Made by a program: the position numbers and the translations under genes | NCBI GenBank assembly: GCA_965205975.1 | Contig: OZ242195.1 | Span: 3,808,001-3,872,000, forward strand | Direction of reading: 5' to 3' | Source of the DNA: Candidatus Latescibacterota bacterium | GTDB lineage: Bacteria > Latescibacterota > UBA2968 | DNA length: 64,000 nucleotides | The notes under the pieces: generated by a model | Databases searched by the model: none | What the model was told of the DNA's origin: nothing | Seen by the model: the letters and a program-made list of their open reading frames with translations, nothing else | Shown: positions 1 through 9,775 of the stretch, piece after piece | Position numbering within the stretch: position 1 is the stretch's first letter | Layout of the letters: the number at the start of each line of letters is the position of its first letter

Positions 1-458
1 TAAGTGGGTACTATACAGCCCGCGCCAGCAACGCCGATGGCGAAACCGTTGGCCAGTGGCACAGCATTCCCCTCAATCACAATCAGCGCCAGGTCCTGGA
101 ACTGACCCTGAGTGGTGGTATGAAGATCGTACGCGTCGAACCACTAACCGCATCCAAGCCAGTGGCCGAGACAGAAGCCGCAATTAGTGGTCTGGCACCC
201 AACTTTCCCAACCCATTCAACAGCGCCACCCTGATTACCTACCACCTGTCCAGTCCTGGACCGGTGCAATTAGTGATCTACAATGTGCTGGGTCAACCCG
301 TACGCACATTGGTGGATCAGTCCCAGGCCGCAGGCTCCTACCAGATACGGTGGGATGTCCTCGACCATCGGGGCGTCTCGCTATCGACGGGGATCTACAT
401 CGCACGCCTGAGCTATCCCGGTGGGGTGCAGACCCAACGGCTGCTCTACCTCAAGTAG
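1..458 (+). CDS. C-terminal part of a secreted protein with FlgD-Ig/T9SS-like C-terminal sorting domain (5' end outside window)
   Basis: Frame is open from position 3 to the stop at 458; motif PNFPNPFNSAT...IYNVLGQPVRTL...WD...GIY. Confidence 0.8.
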   Translation, partial: SGYYTARASNADGETVGQWHSIPLNHNQRQVLELTLSGGMKIVRVEPLTASKPVAETEAAISGLAPNFPNPFNSATLITYHLSSPGPVQLVIYNVLGQPVRTLVDQSQAAGSYQIRWDVLDHRGVSLSTGIYIARLSYPGGVQTQRLLYLK

Positions 459-497
459 CGCCGAACAGTTGGGTTTGTCAATTTTCTCATAACTAAG

Positions 498-527
498 AAA
501 GGCCCCTGAAAACAGGGGCCTTTTTTT
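498..527. terminator. Intrinsic terminator, probably bidirectional
   Basis: AAAGGCCCCTG-aaaa-CAGGGGCCTTT followed by a T-run, between convergent genes. Confidence 0.85.
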
Positions 528-560
528 ATCTTACTTCTCGCGTCTTTCGTCTCACTGCAT

Positions 561-1412
561 TTAAGTCACTTCCAGCAGTGGCTCGAGCCGCGAGCGACGA
601 CGCGGATGGCGCAATCTGCGAAGTGCTTTCTCCTTAATTTGCCGAACGCGCTCTCGGGTCAAATTGAACCGAACGCCGATCTCTTCAAGCGTAAGCGGCT
701 CTTCACCGCCCAGACCAAAATACAGGCGCAAAACCTCAGTCTCGCGGTCATCCAGAGATGTGAGCACATCTTTTACCTGTTCGCGCACCGAATCTTCTAC
801 AACCTCCTCATCGGGTGCCTTTTGCGTCTTGTCCGGCAACACATGCAGCAAACTGTGGTCATCCTCCTCGCGGAAAGACGCATCCAGAGACCAGACATCG
901 CGCGCGCGCATCAACGTATCCTGAACCATCTCTACCGACACGCCGAGTTCTTTTGCCACAGTCTCGGGTTCGGGTTCGGTCTCGCTTGATTGCCTCAGTT
1001 CGCGCGACACCTTTGAAATATTGTGCAACAAATCAATGCGGTTAATAGGCAACCGCACAACCCGCGAATCCTGTGCCAGACTCTGGTGAATTGCCTGACG
1101 GATCCACCAGACAGCATAGGAAATAAACTTAAAGCCCCGCGTGCCATCAAAGCGCTCGGCAGCCGTCATCAGGCCCATATTGCCCGCGCTGATCAAATCG
1201 GCCAGAGGCACCCCGTGATTTTGATATTCGCGCGCCACACTCACCACAAAACGGAGATTGGCGGAAACCAGTTTATCTCTGGATCTCTGGCAACCTTTAT
1301 GAATCTTTTTTGCCAGTTCAATCTCTTCCGCACTCGAAAGGGGTTCAGACGTGGCAATGTCTCGCAGATACAAATCCAGAGACTCACTATCTTGAATCAT
1401 AATTCCAGGCAA
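561..1412 (-). CDS. RNA polymerase sigma-70 factor, RpoD/SigA family, short form lacking region 1.1
   Basis: SLDLYLRDI (1.2), NLRFVVSVA, FKFISYAVWWIRQAI (2.3/2.4), TLEEIG...TRERVRQI (4.2). Confidence 0.93.
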   Translation of the reverse strand: MPGIMIQDSESLDLYLRDIATSEPLSSAEEIELAKKIHKGCQRSRDKLVSANLRFVVSVAREYQNHGVPLADLISAGNMGLMTAAERFDGTRGFKFISYAVWWIRQAIHQSLAQDSRVVRLPINRIDLLHNISKVSRELRQSSETEPEPETVAKELGVSVEMVQDTLMRARDVWSLDASFREEDDHSLLHVLPDKTQKAPDEEVVEDSVREQVKDVLTSLDDRETEVLRLYFGLGGEEPLTLEEIGVRFNLTRERVRQIKEKALRRLRHPRRRSRLEPLLEVT

Positions 1413-1444
1413 GGGGAACCTCCTGTAAAAGATGGGGAGAACTA

Positions 1445-1957
1445 CTATAAAACAGAATGGGGTGCCGACATTTTGCGAATTTGCGCCAGGTGTTTCGTCA
1501 TAAACTGATACATACTCATCGATGTGTCGCAGGCCATCAAACCCGCTCGCACATCTGAATTTTTAAACAACAGTGCCAAATTGCTCAAAACCGACAGATA
1601 AGGCACAGGAGCCGCATCGGGTACTGCAACCATGCATATCACATGAACGGATTCTGCATCTGGGGGAAAAGCAATACCCGTCTGAGAAATGCCCAACGCC
1701 ACACCGGGCTGAGCAACCGAGCGGCATCGCGCGTGGGGCAGTGCAACACCTCGGCCCAAAACAGTACTCATCTGATCTTCTCGATCCAGAATAGTTTGCA
1801 AAAACTTCAGACTATCGACCACCTTCCTGCGCCCATAGAGCCGATCTACCAACTCTTTGATCGCCCCCAGGCGATCTTGTGATTGCAACTCGGGTACAAG
1901 AAGCGAAACATCAAAATGAAAAACGTCTTCTTCAGGTAAAATAGTTGTTTGAGTCAC
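1445..1957 (-). CDS. PTS EIIA domain protein (PtsN/EIIA-Ntr-like)
   Basis: RE..MST.LG.GVALPHAR with the phospho-accepting His; C-terminal YLSVLSNLA. Confidence 0.85.
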   Translation of the reverse strand: MTQTTILPEEDVFHFDVSLLVPELQSQDRLGAIKELVDRLYGRRKVVDSLKFLQTILDREDQMSTVLGRGVALPHARCRSVAQPGVALGISQTGIAFPPDAESVHVICMVAVPDAAPVPYLSVLSNLALLFKNSDVRAGLMACDTSMSMYQFMTKHLAQIRKMSAPHSVL

Positions 1958-1980
1958 CAGATCCCCACACTCGACAAAAA

Positions 1981-1993
1981 TGCAAAATTTGCA
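1981..1993. promoter_or_regulatory. Palindromic TGCA-N5-TGCA site in the ptsN leader
   Basis: TGCAAAATTTGCA, the same motif as the sites at 2211 and 2242. Confidence 0.55.
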
Positions 1994-2106
1994 CCTTCAA
2001 ACTATAAGACATGTATTAAAAATGGAGAACAACACATTAACATCAATAAAAACAAAAAGTTAATCTCCAACATCAAAAATCCGCGATAAACGCGCCCTGA
2101 TATAAC

Positions 2107-2122
2107 AGCAATATCCGTGCCA
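2107..2122 (-). promoter_or_regulatory. Sigma-54 (-24/-12) promoter for the ptsN-sigma70 operon
   Basis: Minus strand reads TGGCACGGATATTGCT, a match to TGGCACG-N4-TTGCW. Confidence 0.88.
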
Positions 2123-2210
2123 AAAAATTTCCTATACACATAACTTACTGTTTATATTGAATAAAAATCAGAAAATCCGATCTGCATACTCTTTTTCATC
2201 TCACGTAGCA

Positions 2211-2254
2211 TGCAAAAATTGCACCGCATATATAACCAAAATGCAAAAATTGCG
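2211..2254. promoter_or_regulatory. Tandem putative enhancer (UAS) sites for the NtrC-family activator
   Basis: TGCAAAAATTGCA (2211-2223) and TGCAAAAATTGCG (2242-2254), 31 bp apart and ~90-130 bp upstream of the sigma54 promoter. Confidence 0.7.
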
Positions 2255-2264
2255 CTTTGGGAAA

Positions 2265-3623
2265 TTAGCGCAAATTATACGCCTTGATCTTGTATTGCAA
2301 CGCGCGAACACTGATTCCCAGCAAAGCTGCGGCCTTTTTGCGATTTGCCGTCACATGTGCAAGTGTTTTTTCTATAAGCGCGCGCTCTACGTCTTCAAGC
2401 GACGAACCGAGTTCGACCATTATAGTATCAGTCGCATTCTGGGCATCGCGCACTCGAGAGGGCAAATGATCGACATTGACCTTTTGATCTGCACAGGTTA
2501 CCACAATACGCTCAATAGTATTTTTTAACTCGCGCACATTGCCGGGCCATAAATAGGCCAGAACCCTATCCATCGCATCGGGAGTTAATTCCTTGCGCGG
2601 TTTGTGGTGCAACACACACAAATTATCAAAAAACACATCGATCAAAAGCGGAATATCTTCGACGCGCTCGCGAAGCGGTGGCAGGCGAATGGGCACCACA
2701 TTGATGCGATAATACAAATCTTCTCTAAATCGCCCTTCTGCCACTTCTCGCTCGAGATCGCGGTTGGTGACAAAAATGGTTCGCACATCTGCGGCCACCG
2801 CTTTGGTACTGCCCACCGGTCGATAGGCTCTTTCTTCTAATACCCGAAGCAAATCGACTTGATTGGGCAATGGGATTTCACCCACTTCATCAAAAAATAG
2901 CGTCCCGCCTTCAGCCGCGGCAAAAAACCCCGCCTTATCCGCTGTCGCCCCCGTAAACGCCCCTTTTACATAACCGAACAACTCACTGCCAAATAACGTC
3001 TCGGCAAACGCCCCGCAGTTCATCGCCAACAGGGGCGCATTCCGCCGCGCACTCGCCTGATGAATCGCACGCGCCACGAGTTCTTTTCCCGTACCCGTTT
3101 CTCCAGTAATCAAAACCGGCACATCGGTCATTGCCGCCTGCGCTACAGTATCACAAACGTGTTCCATCGCAGCACTTCGATGCACAATATCTCCATTTTC
3201 CCCATTGGAATCCAGACGCGCCCGCAATACGCGGTTCTCCGCCACCAGTGCCTGGTGATCGAGCAAACGCTCTAAGGACAGGCGCAATCGCTTCAGATCT
3301 ACCGGCTTGGTCAAATAATCATAAGCCCCTCGTCGCATGGCTTCAACAGCCGTCTCCACCTCTCCATAAGCCGTAATCACAATAACGCCAATTTCGCGAT
3401 TTGAACCGCGCACCCACTTCAAAAGTGCCAGCCCATCCCGACCCGGCATCTTGAGATCAAAAATCGCGGCATCATACTCCTGGGCTTCCATAAGCGCCTT
3501 TGCCTGGTTTCCATCATAAGCCACATCAACCCGATAACCGTCTTTGGTCATCGCCTCTCGCAGACCCTCGCAGATATAGTACTCATCATCTGCAATTAAA
3601 ATCCGAATCTCACTCGCATCCAT
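2265..3623 (-). CDS. Sigma-54-dependent response regulator (NtrC/AtoC family: REC-AAA+-HTH)
   Basis: ADDE/DLKMP receiver, GETGTGKE, GAFTGA, WPGNVREL, C-terminal Fis-type HTH. Confidence 0.95.
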   Translation of the reverse strand: MDASEIRILIADDEYYICEGLREAMTKDGYRVDVAYDGNQAKALMEAQEYDAAIFDLKMPGRDGLALLKWVRGSNREIGVIVITAYGEVETAVEAMRRGAYDYLTKPVDLKRLRLSLERLLDHQALVAENRVLRARLDSNGENGDIVHRSAAMEHVCDTVAQAAMTDVPVLITGETGTGKELVARAIHQASARRNAPLLAMNCGAFAETLFGSELFGYVKGAFTGATADKAGFFAAAEGGTLFFDEVGEIPLPNQVDLLRVLEERAYRPVGSTKAVAADVRTIFVTNRDLEREVAEGRFREDLYYRINVVPIRLPPLRERVEDIPLLIDVFFDNLCVLHHKPRKELTPDAMDRVLAYLWPGNVRELKNTIERIVVTCADQKVNVDHLPSRVRDAQNATDTIMVELGSSLEDVERALIEKTLAHVTANRKKAAALLGISVRALQYKIKAYNLR

Positions 3624-3717
3624 AAGTTACCTCTGTCTGTAGCAAAGTCGGGAAAAGGATCTCCCTCCTACGATACGCCTGCTGTTGGAGCGGCATCCCT
3701 GCCGCGATTGCCTCAAA

Positions 3718-4812
3718 TTATTGTCTCTCAGGCACGGGCAAATACACCCGGAAGGTCGTTCCTCTTTCGGGAAGACTCTCGACGTCAATATGCCCTCCGT
3801 GCTGATAAATAATGCGCTGGGCAATAGACAGCCCCAACCCGGTACCTTCATCTTTCGTCGTATAATAAAACTCGAAAATGCGATCCACTTCTTCTTCTGG
3901 AATCCCGCATCCCGTATCTGTAAGCATCAAACACACCTGCCCGGACTCGGTTTGTGTTCGGGCAACCAAATCCCCACCAGCGGCCATAGACTGAAAGGCA
4001 TTCACCACAATATTGAGCACAGCTTGACCGAGTTGGTCTTCATCTCCATTGATCGCGGGCAGATCGTCGGAAAGTTCCAGACGCAACACAATGCCGCGCT
4101 CGCGTGCTTCGGGCGAGACCAGCTCAAAAACGCGGCGAACCACATCGTTGAGAAACACTTGTCGCAAATGAAGTTTGGGCGTACGCGAAAAACGCAAAAA
4201 ATTATACACAAGGCGGTCGAGCCGTTTCATCTCTGTCTGCGCGATATTGAGCCGCCCCACAAGGCGTTCTTTTAACGCACTTGACAACGCGTCGAGATCT
4301 TCCTCCAACAATTGCAATTGAATATCAATCGCCCCCAGGGGATTGCGCACTTCATGGGCAACAGAAGCGGCCAAACGCCCCAACGCCGTCATCTTTTCAA
4401 CTTGAAAGATCTCCCACTCCATCCGCTTTATCTCAGACACATCGCGCACTGCCAGCACCAGCCCAGACCGCGTATCTGCATCTAAAAACGACGTACTCAC
4501 GCGCAGATGTTGCAATCCACCATCGGCATTGTGATGTACCAGATCCGTATCTGACACCAGTGCTTTTTTCTTCATACCCTCGTTCAAAATCCGCAACAAC
4601 TCGGGGCGTTGGGCAAATAGCACCTCTGGCGATGCGCCACAAACTGCCTGTTTGTCCCACCCCATCAACGCAATCAGATGAGCATTGGCCATCACGGCCC
4701 GATGTGTTTTATCAAAAGCCACAATGCCCTCTCCCAGCCCCTCCAGAATTGAAGCACTATAATCCGTAGCCATGCGCATTCTCCCGATACAAACATAAAA
4801 GCCATTTAACAT
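3718..4812 (-). CDS. Cytoplasmic PAS-domain histidine kinase (NtrB-like); start uncertain
   Basis: AHEVRNPL H-box, N/G1/F/G2 boxes (DTGCGI, GTGLGL), N-terminal PAS, no TM segment. Confidence 0.92.
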   Translation of the reverse strand: MLNGFYVCIGRMRMATDYSASILEGLGEGIVAFDKTHRAVMANAHLIALMGWDKQAVCGASPEVLFAQRPELLRILNEGMKKKALVSDTDLVHHNADGGLQHLRVSTSFLDADTRSGLVLAVRDVSEIKRMEWEIFQVEKMTALGRLAASVAHEVRNPLGAIDIQLQLLEEDLDALSSALKERLVGRLNIAQTEMKRLDRLVYNFLRFSRTPKLHLRQVFLNDVVRRVFELVSPEARERGIVLRLELSDDLPAINGDEDQLGQAVLNIVVNAFQSMAAGGDLVARTQTESGQVCLMLTDTGCGIPEEEVDRIFEFYYTTKDEGTGLGLSIAQRIIYQHGGHIDVESLPERGTTFRVYLPVPERQ

Positions 4813-4853
4813 TAATTTTCCATATTTCTACCCAAAGCGCAAGCCCAAATATC

Positions 4854-4883
4854 TTGACACTTATACATTTGGTGTGATATTAT
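4854..4883 (+). promoter_or_regulatory. Sigma70-type promoter of glnD
   Basis: TTGACA-N18-TATTAT with an extended -10 TG. Confidence 0.6.
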
Positions 4884-4925
4884 TAGCCTCTCGTAGCGTC
4901 GTAGCCATTTCCAAAGGATTGCCCA

Positions 4926-7589
4926 TTGAATAAAGAAATCGTCAATACCCTCCCTCGCGGTCTTCTCAACGCAAAAAAAACATCAGACGCCTGGCCCACC
5001 GAACGCCTATCGTACTTGCGAACCTATCTCGACACCACCTGGGAAACTATTCATACACAACACCGGGACGGTGCATTGGGCAGTACTATAGTTGCAGCAC
5101 TCACACAGCGCGTCGATACACTCATCCAGGCACTGTATGCCGAAGCAGTTGAAGAACACGGAGAACCAACCGGATTTGCCGTAATCGCACAGGGGGGGTA
5201 TGGCCGGGGCGCGCTCAATCCCCACTCGGATATCGACCTGTTATTTCTCTTTCGCAAAAAAGTCCATGAAGGCGACCCCATAACGCGCGCGATTCTCCAC
5301 ACCCTGTGGGATCTGCGATTTGACGTGGGATACGGTACGCGCACCCTTTCCGATTGCATCACTGCAGCGCAAGACGACGCCGATTCCATGACCGCAATGC
5401 TCGAAACGCGCCATCTCGTGGGTGATCCCACCCTGAAGGCCCAACTGCAAGACGCCCTTGCGCGGCGGTTCTTTGGCCGGCGTGCGAGCGGTTTTATCAA
5501 CAAAAAAACTCAGGAACGCATCCAACGACACAGCAAATTCAAATTTTCAACCCAACTCCTCGAACCCAATATCAAAGAAAGCCCTGGGGGATTGCGAGAT
5601 ATTCACACAGCCGGCTGGTTCTTAATGGCACGCCGCGGTATTCGCGCGCCCGAAGGCTTGCAAGAAAGCCATATACTCACCCGCAGAAATTACGAGATCT
5701 ATGTCAAAGCCTTTGACTTCATGCTGCGCACGCGCAACGAATTGCACTTTCACACGGGCAAATACTTTGACGTACTCGAGCACGACCTTCAACTCATTAT
5801 CGCCAAAAATTTGGGCTACCGGGACCGCGACAATGAACTGGGCGTTGAACACTTTATGCGAGACTACTACACCCATGCGCGTGCAATCAAACACCTCAGC
5901 GACCTGATATGTGAACGCCTCAAAGGCCAATCTTCCACCGGTCGGGCTGTGGGATTGCTCACGCGCCGTCAACTCGATGACGGCTCCGTACTACACCACA
6001 CGCACATTGCCCTGCCCCAAAAGCGACGCCATTTTTTTGACAACACGCCCCATCGCCTCCTCTCCCTTTTCCACAATTCACAGCGATTCGGTGTTCCCCT
6101 CAATGAAGCGGCCAAACAGGGAATAAAAGACCACATCCATCTCATCGACGACACCTTCAGGTCTTCTGAGCGCGTCAGTCGCATCTTTCTCGACCTCTTC
6201 CGCGCACCCGTCGGCATTGGCACCACCCTTCGCACCATGCACGAACTCGACGTTTTGGGCACTTACGTACCCGAATTCGGCAGCCTGACCTGCCTGGTAC
6301 AATACAATCGCTATCACATATACACAGCAGACGAACACACCCTGGTCGCTGTAGAGCGTCTCGATTACCTCGCGCGATCTCCTTCCTTACCCCATGATTT
6401 GCAGCACCTCAGACGCGTGTACAATGAAATCCCGAGAAAAGAGCTTCTCTATCTCGCGCTGATGATGCACGACGTGGGAAAATCTGTTCGCGACAAAGAT
6501 CACAGCATTGTCGGCGCAGAAATGACACGGGACTTTCTCAAACGCCTTCAATTGCCCGATGACCAGATAGAAACCGTTGTTTTTCTCGTGCGACACCATC
6601 TTGCAATGTCCGCCATTGCCCAGCGCCGCGACCTGTCAGATCAGCGCATGATCGCCGAATTTGCCAGCACATTTTCACACCCCGATGTCTTGCGTATGCT
6701 CTATGTACTCACTTATGCCGACCTGTCTGCCGTCACACAAACTGCGTGGACCGCCTGGAAAGGCCACCTCTTGCGCGAACTCTACGAAAACACCTTTTAT
6801 CTCCTCACGCAAAGCACCCAACCCAATCGCGAGCAACCCGAACTACAAGACATTCAAAAAATCCTCACTGCCCTGAAGTCGCGCATTCCATATCAGACCC
6901 TTGTTGAACATCTCAACAACATGCCCCCGCGCTATCCCGAGCAAAACAGCCCAGAAGAAATTGCACAACACCTGCAACTCATCGACGCAATGGGATCCTC
7001 GCTGGTCGCCGTTAGCGTACAACCCGGCGGACTCTTTCTGGAAATCACCATCTGTACGCACGACCAGCCCTTTCGCCTATCTGAAATTTGTGGTGTGCTG
7101 GCAACCCACGACATCAACATCTTCAGCGCACACGCCTACACGCGCAACGACGGCACAGTCATCGACATTTTCCAGGTAACTTCCGACGCGGAAAACAACG
7201 CCACATTACGAGAAAAAATTCAACAAACCCTGACCGATGTCTTTCAACAAAAAGAGCGCGTCTCAGACCTATTCGCCAATTACAGTCAAAGGTGGTCCCT
7301 GAAGCGTCAGCCCACAACACCCATATCCCCTAAAATCACATTCGACAACAATGTTTCTATGCGCTCTACCGTCATCGATATCACTGCACGAGATGCAACG
7401 GGCCTCCTGTACCGCATCACGCGCACATTATCAGACCTCGGCCTCGACATCTACACCGCCCGCATTGGCACACAGGCAGACCGCGCTGTCGATGCCTTTT
7501 ACGTGCGTAAAAATGGCGATAAAATCACAGACCTCGCACAGCTCGAATACATCACCCGCGAACTCACGCACGCGATTGAAAACCCGTAA
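4926..7589 (+). CDS. glnD: [Protein-PII] uridylyltransferase/uridylyl-removing enzyme
   Basis: GGYGRG..NPHSDIDL NTase, KESPGGLRD, HIYTADEH and HDVGK HD domain, two C-terminal ACT domains. Confidence 0.96.
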   Translation: MNKEIVNTLPRGLLNAKKTSDAWPTERLSYLRTYLDTTWETIHTQHRDGALGSTIVAALTQRVDTLIQALYAEAVEEHGEPTGFAVIAQGGYGRGALNPHSDIDLLFLFRKKVHEGDPITRAILHTLWDLRFDVGYGTRTLSDCITAAQDDADSMTAMLETRHLVGDPTLKAQLQDALARRFFGRRASGFINKKTQERIQRHSKFKFSTQLLEPNIKESPGGLRDIHTAGWFLMARRGIRAPEGLQESHILTRRNYEIYVKAFDFMLRTRNELHFHTGKYFDVLEHDLQLIIAKNLGYRDRDNELGVEHFMRDYYTHARAIKHLSDLICERLKGQSSTGRAVGLLTRRQLDDGSVLHHTHIALPQKRRHFFDNTPHRLLSLFHNSQRFGVPLNEAAKQGIKDHIHLIDDTFRSSERVSRIFLDLFRAPVGIGTTLRTMHELDVLGTYVPEFGSLTCLVQYNRYHIYTADEHTLVAVERLDYLARSPSLPHDLQHLRRVYNEIPRKELLYLALMMHDVGKSVRDKDHSIVGAEMTRDFLKRLQLPDDQIETVVFLVRHHLAMSAIAQRRDLSDQRMIAEFASTFSHPDVLRMLYVLTYADLSAVTQTAWTAWKGHLLRELYENTFYLLTQSTQPNREQPELQDIQKILTALKSRIPYQTLVEHLNNMPPRYPEQNSPEEIAQHLQLIDAMGSSLVAVSVQPGGLFLEITICTHDQPFRLSEICGVLATHDINIFSAHAYTRNDGTVIDIFQVTSDAENNATLREKIQQTLTDVFQQKERVSDLFANYSQRWSLKRQPTTPISPKITFDNNVSMRSTVIDITARDATGLLYRITRTLSDLGLDIYTARIGTQADRAVDAFYVRKNGDKITDLAQLEYITRELTHAIENP

Positions 7590-7593
7590 AAGC

Positions 7594-7712
7594 ACGAATA
7601 GACGAATAGACGAACCCCGCCCAACCACCCAACGGGCGGGCACAGGGGCACCGCCCCTACATTGATGAACTGTCCCGAACCAGTTGTACCCCATTCCGTT
7701 GATTCGTTGATG
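7594..7712. repeat. ~120-bp composite intergenic element (CGAATAGA repeats + GTAG REP + GTTGATTC tail), copy 1
   Basis: Near-identical to 49080-49200; partial copy at 10856-10945. Confidence 0.8.
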
Positions 7713-7772
7713 AACTGACCTGAGAGGCGGTCAGTTGTACACCGTCCCGCTGATTCGCGTTTCTTCTTTTCC

Positions 7773-7801
7773 TTGACAAGCCACATTGTTTGTTTTACGT
7801 T
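7773..7801 (+). promoter_or_regulatory. Sigma70-type promoter of rho
   Basis: TTGACA-N17-TACGTT about 195 bp upstream of the rho start. Confidence 0.5.
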
Positions 7802-7995
7802 TAGGTCAACTTCAAAATGCATTCCCTCGCACTAATGCCCTGCATCCTACCCCACAATCTTCCAAAGCACTGTTCTCCGTAGGCTTCGCAGTACCCCAAT
7901 GATTTCGCACAACGTCTGTTTTATATCCCCCATAGCATGGTGTCGCTCGGGCATACATTATTTCTCCCCTTCCAACCCATCAGGAACCTCAAAAA

Positions 7996-9279
7996 ATGGC
8001 AGTGACCGAAGAAAAATTGAACATGTTTGAGTTGCAGGAATGCAGCATACCCGAACTCAACAAACACGCGCAGGCTCTAAATATTCAAGGCTACAGCAGC
8101 CTGCGAAGACAAGAACTTATCTTTGCTATTCTCCAGAGCCAAACCGCAAAAAGCGGGCGTATCTTCGCCCAGGGTGTACTCGACATACTCGAAGATGGAT
8201 TTGGCTTCCTCAGATCGCCAAAGTACAATTATTTGCCCGGTCCCGACGACATTTATGTGGGACACTCGCAAATCAAACGCTTCAATCTGCGAACTGGAGA
8301 CACCATATCGGGGCATATTCGCCCACCGAGAGGTGACGAAAAATACTTTGCACTCATTCGCGTTGAGGCCGTCAATTTTGAAGATCCGGAAGTCGCGAAA
8401 CAAAAAATACTATTTGACAACCTCACGCCACTGCACCCGGACGAACGCATCGACCTCGAGTACGATCCGCAGGACCTTTCCACTCGGATCATGAATCTCC
8501 TCACCCCAATAGGCAAAGGGCAACGCGGCATGATTGTCGCACCCCCGTTTACGGGCAAAACCATGCTCTTGCAAAAAATTGCCAACGCCATTACCAAAAA
8601 CCATCCCGAAATCACGCTTATTGTCCTCCTCATTGACGAGCGCCCCGAAGAAGTCACAGACATGATCCGTTCGGTCGAAGGCGAAGTCGTCAGTTCGACC
8701 TTTGACGAACCCCCGACCCGACATGTACAGGTCGCCGACATGGTCATAGAAAAAGCCAAGCGATTGGTCGAACACCAGCAGGACGTAGTCATCTTACTCG
8801 ACAGCATTACCCGCCTGGCTCGCGCCTATAACACCGTTGCCCCACACAGTGGGCGCATTCTCACGGGGGGTCTCGATTCTACTGCCATGCAGTGGCCCAA
8901 GCGATTTTTTGGCGCAGCGCGCAACATCGAAGAAGGCGGCAGCCTGACCATTCTGGCAACTGCTCTTGTCGAAACTGGAAGCCGTATGGATGAAGTCATC
9001 TTCGAAGAATTTAAAGGCACGGGCAACATGGAACTCAAGCTGGACCGTCGGCTCTCCAATCGCCGCATCTTTCCCGCCATTGACGTATCCATGTCCAGCA
9101 CGCGCAAAGAAGAACTCCTGCTCAAAGAAAAAGAACTCAACCGCGTTTGGATCTTGCGAAAACTACTCAATCAAATGCAACCTCTGGAAGCGATGGAATT
9201 TTTCACAGAACGCACCAAAGAAAACAAAACCAACGAAGACTTCCTCAATGCCATGAGTGAACCGATTCACGCCTTTTAA
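7996..9279 (+). CDS. rho: Transcription termination factor Rho
   Basis: [58 protein letters not shown]. Confidence 0.98.
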   Translation: MAVTEEKLNMFELQECSIPELNKHAQALNIQGYSSLRRQELIFAILQSQTAKSGRIFAQGVLDILEDGFGFLRSPKYNYLPGPDDIYVGHSQIKRFNLRTGDTISGHIRPPRGDEKYFALIRVEAVNFEDPEVAKQKILFDNLTPLHPDERIDLEYDPQDLSTRIMNLLTPIGKGQRGMIVAPPFTGKTMLLQKIANAITKNHPEITLIVLLIDERPEEVTDMIRSVEGEVVSSTFDEPPTRHVQVADMVIEKAKRLVEHQQDVVILLDSITRLARAYNTVAPHSGRILTGGLDSTAMQWPKRFFGAARNIEEGGSLTILATALVETGSRMDEVIFEEFKGTGNMELKLDRRLSNRRIFPAIDVSMSSTRKEELLLKEKELNRVWILRKLLNQMQPLEAMEFFTERTKENKTNEDFLNAMSEPIHAF

Positions 9280-9394
9280 GAAGTCTGCGACTTGATTATT
9301 TTTAGGCATTTTGGTATATTCTGTCTCCCGCGGATATTCCGCAGCCCATTTTCTCAATCAACATACTGAAATTGAAACACTTGAGGATAATCAC

Positions 9395-9688
9395 ATGAAA
9401 CCTGATATTCATCCAGAATACCGCGACGTAATCTTTGAAGACGTCAGTGCCACCCCACCATTTCGGGTCAAAACGCGTTCGACGCGGACCTCTGAAGAAA
9501 CCGTCGAATGGGAAGACGGCAACACCTATCCACTGATCAAAGTTGAAATCAGTTCCGCTACCCATCCGTTCTTCACGGGTAAGATGATGCTGGTTGACAC
9601 CGCCGGTATGGTCGAGCGCTATCGCCGCCGGTATGGTATTGAAGGCCAGGAAGAAGAAAAAGAAGAAGAAGAAAAAACCGACAGTTAG
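9395..9688 (+). CDS. rpmE2: 50S ribosomal protein L31 type B (no Zn-binding Cys), acidic tail
   Basis: MKPDIHPEY...[13 protein letters not shown]...[17 protein letters not shown] before the ATG at 9395. Confidence 0.93.
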   Translation: MKPDIHPEYRDVIFEDVSATPPFRVKTRSTRTSEETVEWEDGNTYPLIKVEISSATHPFFTGKMMLVDTAGMVERYRRRYGIEGQEEEKEEEEKTDS

Positions 9689-9705
9689 CAACGCGATCCA
9701 CATAT

Positions 9706-9749
9706 AGAAGGGCGAAACGGCCGCATGCCGCGACTGTTTCGCCCTTTTT
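9706..9749 (+). terminator. Terminator-like hairpin between rpmE2 and prfA
   Basis: AAGGGCGAAACGG...CTGTTTCGCCCTTTTT. Confidence 0.65.
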
Positions 9750-9775
9750 GTATGATAAAAACCGAAAGAACCACC

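Noticed and set aside
7805..7995. C-rich rho leader as a rut autoregulation site or riboswitch
   Set aside because: The whole + strand is C-rich here, so the signal is not distinguishable; no recognisable riboswitch motif.
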